A stretch of DNA of 58,249 nt, counting the filler, from Platydemus manokwari (Eukaryota): NCBI GenBank assembly GCA_037951405.1. It is 5 parts of 5 records of this genome, joined end to end, with 100 filler letters (N's around TTAATTAATTAA, not from the genome) between each part and the next. Parts side by side here need not be neighbours in the genome. Positions count along the whole stretch, not along the records: positions 1 to 9,878 come from JBBMOY011193543.1; positions 9,979 to 21,558 come from JBBMOY010584439.1; 3 more parts are not named here. One strand, given 5' to 3'. Positions within the stretch are counted from its first letter, which is position 1. Each line of letters begins with the position of its first letter. Positions 1 to 10,179 of this stretch are shown one piece after another. Below the pieces are notes generated by a model, which did no database searches, had not been told where the DNA came from, and worked only from the letters and a program-made list of their open reading frames with translations. The position numbers and the translations under genes were made by a program.

Positions 1-410
1 TAATTCATTACTTATTATAATTTATTTCCCAAATGTGAGTTTTTGTTTAATTATTTTTATTTATAAAGAATCATATTTTTTTTTAATTTCATCATAATTT
101 TACAATATGAAATAATAATAATTAAATCATTTTCTTGTATTATCAATTATATTATCATTGTTTAATTAATTATTAAATAATCTAAAAGTAGAGTCTTACG
201 TGCAAGACTTGTTATTATTAGTTGTTGTGATTGTGTATTTGAGTTGTGCGAATAATTGATCGCACTTTGTACCTGACATTTGAATTGACATGTTGTTACA
301 CATCCTAAGATATTCATAACTCATGTTCATAACCAAGGAAGAAGTGATTGCTATTTAATTGATATTGTCGTTTATCAGAAACCGTCAATGAATAAAATGA
401 TGTTGAGTTA

Positions 411-496
411 TGGTGATAAAGATTCGTAAATATTAATATTTATTCATTCAAAAAGTTATACTAATATATAGTATTTAAACAAATACATATATTACA
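411..496 (-). repeat. 3' LTR (~86 bp) of the Gypsy element
   Basis: Core 413-474 matches 4193-4253 with 2 substitutions and 1 indel. On the minus strand it starts TGTAATAT immediately after a purine-rich PPT-like tract (GAAGACGGACAGA). Confidence 0.85.
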
Positions 497-3400
497 TCTG
501 TCCGTCTTCGGAAATCCCAGCGTCTAGGTAATTTATGTATATATCTGGCTTTTTAATTCTTGTAGACTTCTTCGTTTTCTCTCCCGTGTTTGGTGATATC
601 TCCTTTTTTGAGTCATCATTTCTGTTGATGATCCTTTGCCGCTTGTTCACACCTTCGATACTCGTATCATTGTCCTTTCCTCCATCATCATTTGAGATAT
701 TATTTCTACTTCCGATTTCCTTTACTTAATTATAGTTTCCTTGAATAATTTTAATCAATTTCTGACTGTAGAACTTATAAATCAATACATTTATTTTCTC
801 TAAAATCTTGAATGGGCTTACAAATCTTTTACCAAAAAGTTTGTAAAACGGATTTTCAACCATCACTATATCACCAACTGATAATTAATGGGAATATTTT
901 CCTCGGTTATAGTATTCTGCTTGCTTCACAATCTGAATCTGATTATAATTCTGTACTTCAAAAATTTTTCTATGATGACTCATAAACTCTTCCTTGCCTG
1001 ATTAATAAATAACCGTGGTTTTCTACCGAAAAGAAATTTGAATAACGAATACTTCACTGATTTGTGACGTGACATCCTTAATCCATATTCAACATGTATC
1101 ATTACGTCATCCCAGCATGAGCGATTCTTCAATGATGCTGTAATCATGTTTTTGATTGTCTTAAAAGTTCTCTCAATTACCTCACTTGATTGCGGATAAT
1201 ATGGTGAAGGAAATGTTCCCTTTATTTCCATACTAACACATAATTCGGATAATAATGTAGATTGAAAAGTTGTTCCGTTGTCAAAATGAATACATACAGG
1301 AGCTCCAAATTTACTTGTCCACTCTTTCATTAATGCCTTGGCTACATTTTCTGCGGTGATATGCTTTAATGGAATAAGCGATAAATATTTAGAAAAATAT
1401 TCTATGATACCTAGTAAGAACCGGTTTCCTTGTTTTCTTTCAGGTTATGGTCATGAATTATCGATACCAACAATTTCAAACGGTTTATTTGTAATCATTG
1501 ATTGCAATTTACCTCCATTTCTTCCATCAATTTCTACAGCTAATGTGCATTCAATACATGAATGCACGTATTCGTGAATATCTTTTCTCCAGACTGGCCA
1601 ATAAAATTCGTTTTCAACAACTCCGTTTGTTTTCTCTATTTCTTTAGAGCCATTTTCATCCTAGCCTCATCGATTTGATTCAAAACTCTTTCCAAGCTTT
1701 CATTGCGTTCATTGACTGTTCTTCCAAATATCAGAATATTACCTAGATATATTACACTTTTTGTCTGATTTTCAGTCTTCAACACCACATTCATAAGTTT
1801 TTGAAAAGTAGCAGGTGCTGAACATAATCCAAAAGGCATTCGATTAAACTGAAACTGTCCGTATCTAGTGCTGAATGCTGTTTTTTCTTTTGCTTCTTCC
1901 TCCAATTCGACTTGATGGTATCCGTTCGCCAAATCTATTGTTGAAAAATATCTTGCTCCTTGTACAGCATCGAATATTTCTTCGGAATTTGGTATAAGAA
2001 AATTGGCCTGGAAGTTGCTGCATTTAGATTCCTATAATCTACGCACATTCTAGTCGTTCCATCCTTTTTCCTGAATAGCACTATTGGGAAATTCCATGAT
2101 GAATTACTTAGACTAATAACGTTTGATTCCAACATTCCATCTATTAGATGTTTAACTTCTTCTAACCCCAATAAAATTCTACGAGGTTTGACAACTATTG
2201 GTTGATCAACGTTTGTTTTCATATTATGTTTCACGATCTCGCATTTTCCTAAGACGTCTGGAACTGTAAAAAACTATTTTTGTATTTTGATAGAATCCTC
2301 ATATGATTATTCTTATCCTCAAGATTCAGTTTATCATCTAAGTTCTGTTCAATGTTTTTTTAATATTTCATCTAATCTACTTTATCTCCTTTATTAACAT
2401 GAATTATAAAACCCAACTGAATTTCCAACGCTGTCGTCGTTTATTTAATTTATCTCTTCTACCCAGGCTAAATTCATTCTGGTATACATTTTTTGGTGCG
2501 ATTCTCAATTTGCTTCAAACTTACCAAAACATATTCGTTATTTGCTTTAAGCAATCACTCGGCTATTATCAAATTCCTCTTCACTATGTTTCTCTTATCT
2601 GCAACAATGTTTATACTCCAAGAAACTATCCACTTTTAGATATTTCTGTCAACAATCATAGCTTTTACAAAGTAATCACCATCTCTCAATAGCACATAAT
2701 TCGCTAATATTACTTTTTTATTATTCTGGATCTCAGCTTCTACTTCGTCGGATTCCTTCCCTCGAACCTACCTCTAACAGTTTAAAGATTCTATCTGGGT
2801 TTTAGAAACAAAAGGTATCTCAATCCCGCTTATCTTAAAGCAATCCTTACTCGGTACGACCGAAATTTCATCTTTCTTCATATAACGTATTCCAATGAAA
2901 CATTTTGGGAATAGTTCTAACACTACATCAAAATATTGAAATAATTCTTCTGCTTCAATCACAAGTCTTAAATAAACCTGGCCTGAAGGTTTTATTATTG
3001 ATCCGTATGCAGATCTAATTTTGTTAGGAGATCTCCTCATTTTGTTTGAATCATCCTTTTTCATTAGTCAATTGACTTAATCTTCATTGATTACATTAAG
3101 CTCAGGACCCGTATCAAACAGTATCTTCACTTTTTCATCTTCAACTTTACAATCGACTATTTATTTATTTTTTGACTTTTCTGTTTTATCGATTTGTTAT
3201 AACTGCTTTTGACAACCTTCAATTTGGTTTAGCTCCTTGCTCATTCACAAACTATGCATATTGTTCTCGATCGAATTGAAGTGATTTTGTCTAGACTTTC
3301 TTGGTTTAACTTGTTTCCAGTTACCCGTATCCAATATATTACAATATTTCTCAGAAAGTGAATCTAAACTCAAGACATTGTCCTCTTCTGTGTGATGCTT

Positions 3401-4172
3401 CTTTCTTCGGTATTTAAATATTTGACATCCTTGACATCTGTAAGATAGAATCTTTGCAGATGTGGATCACCACACCGAAAACATTCAGTTGTCTTACAAA
3501 AACGAGCATAATGTCCTTTTTGTTTACTCTTGAAGCAAGTCACGTCGTGCATTGATTTCTCTTGCAATCTGATTTTCGAAGAGTTTCGGCGCTCTTTTAA
3601 TTTGACTATGTATTGCTTGAGCCTTAAATTCTCAGCCTTTAATCGTTCAATAATGTCCTTTTCGTCTGCTTTTATATATTTCAAATCCCACAGCATATCC
3701 AAATCTTCGTATTCTGGCTTTGAAACAGTTTCTTCCTTGATAAGTTTGACGGCTTCATCTATATTCTTTGGGTTCAATCGCTTTAACCCAAATTTGTAGC
3801 TCTTGTTAAGAAGCCCTTTAATGAATATTTTTTAGATATCTTGTCCTTATTTTCCATATCAATTCCAGTCACAGAGATTTTTACTCTTTTTGAAAATTCT
3901 TTGATGGACTCTGACGGCTGTTGATAAAGTATCCAAACCATCATATGTGATGTCATTGCTGACTTCTTGTATATATCGACAAGAATTTTCTTAATTGAAG
4001 ATAACTATTACACCTACTATACATCAAGATCTATATAATTTGATAAGAATTTTCTTCTTAAATTTTCCGGTATTTGCATAGCTTCTACATATTCGTTCAC
4101 TGAAGAAAGGCCTTTTTCTATATTTTCACAATTAAAAAACGTGGTTCTTTAAAAATTAATCGAGTAATTTCT

Positions 4173-4191
4173 AAATCTGCTCGTGACGCTA
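4173..4191 (-). promoter_or_regulatory. Primer-binding site complementary to the 3' end of a tRNA-Ser(CGA)-type tRNA
   Basis: Plus-strand AAATCTGCTCGTGACGCTA resembles the metazoan tRNA-Ser(CGA) 3' end (...AATCCTGYTCGTGACGCCA). It abuts the LTR, and the canonical TGG reads TAG. Confidence 0.7.
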
Positions 4192-4282
4192 TGTGATAAA
4201 GATTCGTAAGTATTAATATTTATTAATTAAAAAGTTATACTAATATATAGTATATAAATATAAAAATATATACAAATACACA
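4192..4282 (-). repeat. 5' LTR (~90 bp) of the Gypsy element
   Basis: Direct repeat of 411-496. Ends in CA on the minus strand directly before the PBS. The outer boundary is decayed and no TSD could be identified. Confidence 0.8.
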
Positions 4283-5302
4283 TAAATGGTACCAAATGTT
4301 GCGTAGCTATGTTATGTTTAAATGATTTGGTAAAACAAAAACTTTAAACAACTAAAAAACATGAATAACTTTTGACTCAGCCTAATATATTAATGTTATA
4401 AAAATAGCTTCAATGGCATTTGCGGTATTGATTAGTCGGATTAACTAACGATAAAAGATTTTATTGATATACATTTAGCAATCATTGAAATAGTTTTTCT
4501 CAAATATAGATTTTAAAACTAAAAGAATCAACAATGACATCAAATACTCATTTTTGCTTTCATTAAATTTGTAACTAAAATATCATCTTTTATTGATGAA
4601 ATTAATCGTTAAGTAAATTAATAGAGACTCATTGTCACAAATGTTTCTTTGAAAATATCTATTATCGTTAGGCTTCAGAACCCTTAAGATTGTCAAGAAG
4701 AAATATTGAATTTAATTAAATCTTGCAATTGGAAAATAAAATTACAAAAAATCTTTAATTTGATCTGATTGTGAATTTTAAAATTTAAAGAATAGACAAC
4801 CATTTCTCAATTTAAAATATTTTCAGCAACGCGAACAACATTATTATTGAAACAAAACACATTATCGATGAAAAAAAATATAAAAACGTACTTTGAAAAT
4901 CTATTTTAAAATATTTTGTTCCAGATAATTATTTCGCGTCCATCATCATCACTGATACATTGAAAAAAACATTGTTATTATGTCAATGTTATCAAGCTAA
5001 TTCAATGGGAACTATGATTTATTGTTCTCGTTTGCAACTAATTTTTATTCATTATGGTACCAAAGTCACATCTATAGCTTTGCTTTTGTCATTAAAACAT
5101 TAACTATGTATTCCGGCGGGATTATTTAGCGTGTTTAATTAGATGTGAAACAAATAAATTCATTTATCAAAGCTTCTGCACTAAAAACACGTAATCTAAT
5201 AAAGTTTAGCAGAATTTTTATTGTTTAAAATATTTCATCTTGTCATTGGTGGATAATGTTTTCATATAACATAGAAGATACTTTACTTTTGTCATTTTAA
5301 AT

Positions 5303-6055
5303 ATGATCGGTCAAATCGTCATGATAATTATTGGGAATTTCGCGTTTTCGTCTTGTATTAGTTGTCCAAGTAATTACAAACTTTATAATAATTTATGTAT
5401 TCACGTGTCGGTTACAATCAAAATGATGTGTGGTGCATGTGAATATTGTTATCAAATTAGTGGAAGATTAGCTTTAGATAATGAAATATCAACCATTAAT
5501 AATATTCTAACAATTCAAGGAGATGAGTATTATTTTTTAGGTTTCACTGATTTATTTGAAGAAAAATTGGATAATAAAAAACAATGGTTAAATATTGATG
5601 GTTCTTTTACTATTCATGATAATTTTTGGATTCCGAATGAGCCAAATAACTATGGTGATGGAGAAGATTGTACAACTTTTCATAATAAAGGAATCGTTGA
5701 TTCAGAGTGTATATCTAGTCACTTATTCATATGTGTATACGAGAACATCACCAAAGTCAATTCAAAGCAATTCGTATTAAATAGTTTGAATATCTTTAAT
5801 AATGATAATGACGTGGGCTGTTATGAAATTATGACTGCTAAAAGTAAAATACATTGTGGAGTCCTGTATATATTTTTATATTTGATTGATACAATTTTAT
5901 TATTGATTTGTAGATGCCTTCAAAATACCAATTGCAAATCTTTCTATTATGAGGAAATTGGAAAGAAATGTGTGTTAGTGAAATATATTAAAAGTACATT
6001 ACCAAAACGTTGGAAGAGCGGATCTAGGATTTGGCATGGATATCATTCAGTATAA
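5303..6055 (+). CDS. Secreted C-type lectin (EPN-type) fused to a C-terminal PAN/apple-like domain; exons 5303-5865 and 5914-6055
   Basis: Signal-peptide-like N-terminus. CTLD motifs CPSNYKLYNNLC, FLGFTD, WIPNEPNN..EDC...C...FIC. PAN-like C-x3-C-x5-CKSFYY...C spacing appears only after removing the 48-nt GTATAT...TTGTAG intron (5866-5913). Confidence 0.85.
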   Translation: MIGQIVMIIIGNFAFSSCISCPSNYKLYNNLCIHVSVTIKMMCGACEYCYQISGRLALDNEISTINNILTIQGDEYYFLGFTDLFEEKLDNKKQWLNIDGSFTIHDNFWIPNEPNNYGDGEDCTTFHNKGIVDSECISSHLFICVYENITKVNSKQFVLNSLNIFNNDNDVGCYEIMTAKSKIHCGVLYIFLYLIDTILLLICRCLQNTNCKSFYYEEIGKKCVLVKYIKSTLPKRWKSGSRIWHGYHSV

Positions 6056-6713
6056 ACATGATTGATATTTCTTCTTGAATAATTTATTAATAAATCTTTA
6101 CTGACCGCTTATTAAATATTGTAGCTAATGACATCGATTTATCTGAACGATTATTATTTTAGTTTTACGGTTGATTTTTTTATTATATTCCTAGATGTGA
6201 ATATTATATTATTTTATTTTGAATAAATTATTTTTAGATTTGAAACATTTTAATTATTTATTAAAAATTTTACCAAATCAGATTTGTAATTCAGAAAATT
6301 ATTTTATTGTTCGAATCATATTTATTTTCATTTAATAATTATTTAATTTAGATTTTTTCACTGGGATAGTTTTTCGACATAACCACCATTCCTATATAGT
6401 AGTTTGAATGTAGTTACCATAGAAAAATATGAAACCTTTTTTTACGAATTCATATCTTCACTTTTCAGTTCAATCATGATTACGACGAATTATATATAAC
6501 ATTTAAATTTAAATAAAATTAAAATAAATGTAATAATTAGAAGATCAAATTAAATTTTCACTGGCATTCAGGAATGGAGAATAACGTAAAGCTGATTTGA
6601 GAAATATAGAAATAATAGAGAAATTGGTTCAATGATTATCTTGCCCCAATTGATATTGATGGAAACAAATGAATATTCCAACTACCAATTAGATAATCAC
6701 AAAAGGAAAGCAT

Positions 6714-8611
6714 ATAAATTACTTCCCATTTATATATAAAATAAATTTTATTGTGGTTTTATTGGTTTGATTGTTTGATTTAATGGTTTTAGTTTTTTCA
6801 TTATATGGTTTAAACATTTGCTCAGCAGATGTGAATAATATTATTTTCGAAATTATTAAATGAATAACGATTTAATTTGAGATTTTCAAGCGAACGTTAA
6901 TATAGCAATAATAAAAATGCTTATTTGTTAAAGATCGAGTTACAACTAAGCAAAGTATTCTTGAAAGAAAATATTTAGTTGTTTGTTACAAAGTATTGGC
7001 ACCGCATCATTAAATGAAAACAAATATTAAACATTATTAAAAATACTATGTTAATGAATACATTATATCATGATGAAAAATCTGTTATTTAAATGGCAGA
7101 AAATGTTGTAATATAATATCAATTTTTCAATTTAATAATGACCATGAATGGTTCGACATTAGTAACAAACTAGAGGAACTTAAAGAAATTATGGCTTGAA
7201 AAAATAAGTTAATTCGGAGGTCGAAGAAAAACAGTTCACAAAATATTTAACCTAAAAACTAAAATATTAATTGTAAAGAATTTTTTCCATAAATTAAATA
7301 GCAAAGGTTTTCAATTTTTAAAAATTTTAAATTACCGAGTTATTTAGTTTCTTTATGGATTTCGAGTTTTTGGTTTTTAAACAATATAGTTTCCCAATAA
7401 TGCATTACCCTTTATAAAAAATTTCTTTCGCAAAAATACTAAAATCGTTACGATTATTCCTTTATCAGTGACGATTTGATGAAAGTGAATTGTGAAATAT
7501 TATAATGAACTTAGTGTGTTCTTTAGATATAAAGTTAAATCTAGCATACAAAAGTCTAATTATTTAATAGTTAGCATTCCTTCTCCTTTTATGTCGTAAA
7601 AAATCGTAAAAACTAATAATCATAAGATAAAACAATATATTCTAAATTTATAAAAAACCAAATAATGGTTTTAAAGGAAATATCCCTGTGAATGTGGTTT
7701 TTGAATTATAGAAAGATTTCCTTCTTTTAAAACCTGTATTGTCTTATTTAGATCTTCTTTAATTTTATCAGATATCTAACCTATTAATTATCCAATTTCT
7801 TTATCTGCTTTATCTAATAATATAAAGCTCACTAAACTAGACACTTCTCCAACACTTTCAATATTTTCAATTTCATTAGTTCCCAATGTTAATCTCAAAG
7901 AATTAAATAATTTTTGAGAAAAATTATTTTCTAAATTTATATTATGTTTCTTCGTTTTATGTTTTCTTGAAAAAACTTAGTAAATATTTAACACACTGAT
8001 AAGTTTAAAATTACGTTTGTTATTATTTATAATGGATAGAAATTTAAAAAATTTGAAAATCACATTTTTTTAGAAAATGTTAATTTGTATGAATAATTGT
8101 AATAGAAGTGTAATTTGTGTCGTGGTTTTCTGTACGTTATCAATAACTTTAACTTGTGCATTTCATTCTTCTATGGATAATTGTGTTTTTTCATAGATTT
8201 TGAACATCTGGTTAAATAAACAAAAGATAAATTGATTTAATAAAATTTTTGTGTACTGTTTCTCTTCAACCTCCTAATTTAATTTATTTATAAAAGCCAT
8301 AATTTTTTTAATTCCTTTAGTCTGAAAAATTGAGATTATATATCAAAATTTTCTGCTATTTAAATAAGATAGATTTTTAATCATGATATCATGTATTCAT
8401 TAACATCATATTTTTCATCTGAGAGTAGTGAAATTTTTTTCACTTCATGAAATGGCACAAAAAATTGAATACTACCAAAACTTTGACACATAACTTAATA
8501 TTTACTTTTCAAAAATAGGTAACTTTGCTGTATTAACGTTCGATTTAAAATAATGACATTGGGTAATCGAACCAAAATAAAAATTTATTTTATATAAATA
8601 GGAAGTAATTT
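6714..8611. repeat. Long diverged inverted repeat (arms ~6714-7250 and ~8245-8611), each arm carrying a decayed minor-capsid (penton)-like gene
   Basis: Collinear blocks shared in opposite orientation: AAATTACTTCC(C/T)ATTTATATA..AAATAAATTTT, CGAACGTTAATA, TGTTAATGAATACA, TATTTAAAT(G/A)GCAGAAAAT, AAATTATGGCTT, GGAGGT(C/T)GAAGA.AAACAGT.CACAAAA. Peptides LFLKSKY*V and KKISLLSDEKYDVNEY resemble penton N-terminal motifs. The repeat is solid; the penton assignment is weaker. Confidence 0.7.
7500..8207 (-). pseudogene. Decayed Polinton/Maverick/adintovirus-like double-jelly-roll major capsid protein gene (N-terminal part)
   Basis: Manual minus-strand translation: MFKIYEKTQLSIEE* (from 8207), QKLFNSLRLTLGTNEIENIESVGEVSSLVSF, G*LIG*ISD, DNTGFKRRKSFYNSKTTFTGIFPLKPLFGF. 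These match in order the NN..LF..I...L....IE....G, GW..D, N.GF..R and IPLKHxFGF motifs of invertebrate Polinton-type MCPs. Recognised by eye, not by search. Confidence 0.7.
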
Positions 8612-8796
8612 AATTTCAAATCGCAGATAATGAAATCCATGAATAACATATTGTTAAAGATTGCTGATGTGGATTATAATAATTATAAAAAGATATCAAC
8701 TAATACGGTTATTATTATCAGAGGGATTTGAATTATGATAAAGTTAAATATATTCACCTAAAAATCTTCAACATATATGGACTCCAGACAGATAAG

Positions 8797-9300
8797 AGGT
8801 TGTTGTTGTTGCTTAAAAGCTCGCTTAATATAATATAAATAATATTTAAATATATATGATAACAAAATAAAATACAACAAATAAAAGCAAAAATAATAAA
8901 ATGTATTAATCATCAATAATTAATAATCCAAACACAATAATTTTATGATACTACAAGGTGGTATTGATTATTTTGGAAGCAAAATAGTAATCAAGTAACA
9001 GTAAATGGCTTGCCTCTTAGGTCCTCGGGCAAGCCTCTAGAGACAAAAATGAAAGTGGGGAGTTTGAAGTTGAACTGATAGATTTTAACGGATCGCAAGG
9101 CTGAAACTAGTCGTGGGTCTAGATTTTACTAAACAATGAATAAATTTACTCATTGGATGCATAAAATATCTTCGAGAATTAAATTCTTCCGAACAGAATG
9201 AGCATAAACATCTTCAAAATTGTCATACAATACTTCTTTAAAGAGCTGAAATCGTCATACAGTAAAATATCTGGTCAAAAATGTGAGTCGTAATTGTGCG
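8797..9300. mobile_element. Possible Penelope-like retroelement terminus (GC hairpin and degenerate hammerhead-like core)
   Basis: (GTT)n tract at ~8800, perfect 8-bp stem GGCTTGCC/GGCAAGCC (9007-9035), and CTGATAGA...GAAACTAGTC (9075-9112) resembling a minimal type-I hammerhead with a broken core. Confidence 0.3.
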
Positions 9301-9878
9301 ATGATTGTCTGTTGCTGCCAGTATTTATACTGTTTTGTATGCGAGTAAAATTCATGCACCTTATCGCCATTTTTGGTAACATTCTTTATTTAGTAGCATT
9401 TGCTACTTATTTTAGCACATGTAAGGCATATGTTACTATTTTTAGTTTTAGATTCAATTTTTGGCAATTAGAGTCTATTTTAGTCTATACATTAGTCTAT
9501 TTAGCAATATAGAGTCTAGTTTTCGTTATTTCTGTTTTCCGTACATCGTAAATTCTATTTTCAGATTTCAATGTGGTTTTTCCAAATTGCCTTAGTGTCT
9601 ATCAGTTATGGTGCAGTAAAACAAGTTTAAAATGTTTATAGATATTTATGTCTTCTTTTAAAAAAAATTATATATTATTAATTCTAATTATTTTATACTT
9701 CAGTTGGATCAAAATGGCCACGTTAGTTCCCCACGATATTGATTAATTTATTGTTATTGCACAATATTATCTTTGATAAATTGTGTTCCTGTGTTCATGA
9801 CAAACATTGAGAAATCATTTTATATTTGATTTTATCTCATCATTTCATTACTTCTCATTACATTCAGTACAAGAGAAC

Positions 9879-9978
9879 NNNNNNNNNNNNNNNNNNNNNN
9901 NNNNNNNNNNNNNNNNNNNNNNTTAATTAATTAANNNNNNNNNNNNNNNNNNNNNNNNNNNNNNNNNNNNNNNNNNNN
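9879..9978. other. Artificial contig linker N44-TTAATTAATTAA-N44
   Basis: Identical 100-nt six-frame-stop spacer also at 21559-21658, 31635-31734 and 44249-44348. Confidence 0.95.
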
Positions 9979-10179
9979 ATAGAGTGTAAAAGATTGAAAT
10001 TGATAACAAAACATTATTTTGAGACTGATAACAAACATTGTTAATTAAATAAAGAAGCAACCCCAAAACGCATCAAAATCATTAAAATTACCTTTTAATT
10101 AATTCGCTCATTAAAACAACGTATATAGTGAATTTATCTTTGAAATAATCAGGCTGAATAAAAAAACAAAAAAACTAAT

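Larger units (their letters stand above)
411..4282 (-). mobile_element. Decayed Ty3/Gypsy LTR retrotransposon (gag-PR-RT-IN) with very short LTRs and an internal deletion
   Basis: Minus-strand fragments in Gypsy order: gag with CCHC-like knuckles (3370-3777), protease LFDTG (~3100-3125), RT (WNFPIVLFRKKDGTTRMCVDYRNLN; GYHQV...RMPFGLCSAPATFQ, 1636-2234) and integrase core (HFDNGTTF...YYPQSSEVIERTFKTIK, 980-1330). Direct repeats at both ends. Many stops and frameshifts. Confidence 0.95.

Noticed and set aside
190-215. Short hairpins (192-209, 22044-22066) and single TIR-like ends (25241-25258 Tc1-like; 26228-26240 piggyBac-like)
   Set aside because: No partner terminus or TSD found; too short to support an element call.
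535-3799. Plus-strand ORFs across the Gypsy element
   Set aside because: Antisense shadows of gag/pol.
9923-9934. Recurrent TTAATTAATTAA as a biological repeat or CRISPR-like unit
   Set aside because: Always centred in N runs of identical length; it is an assembly spacer.
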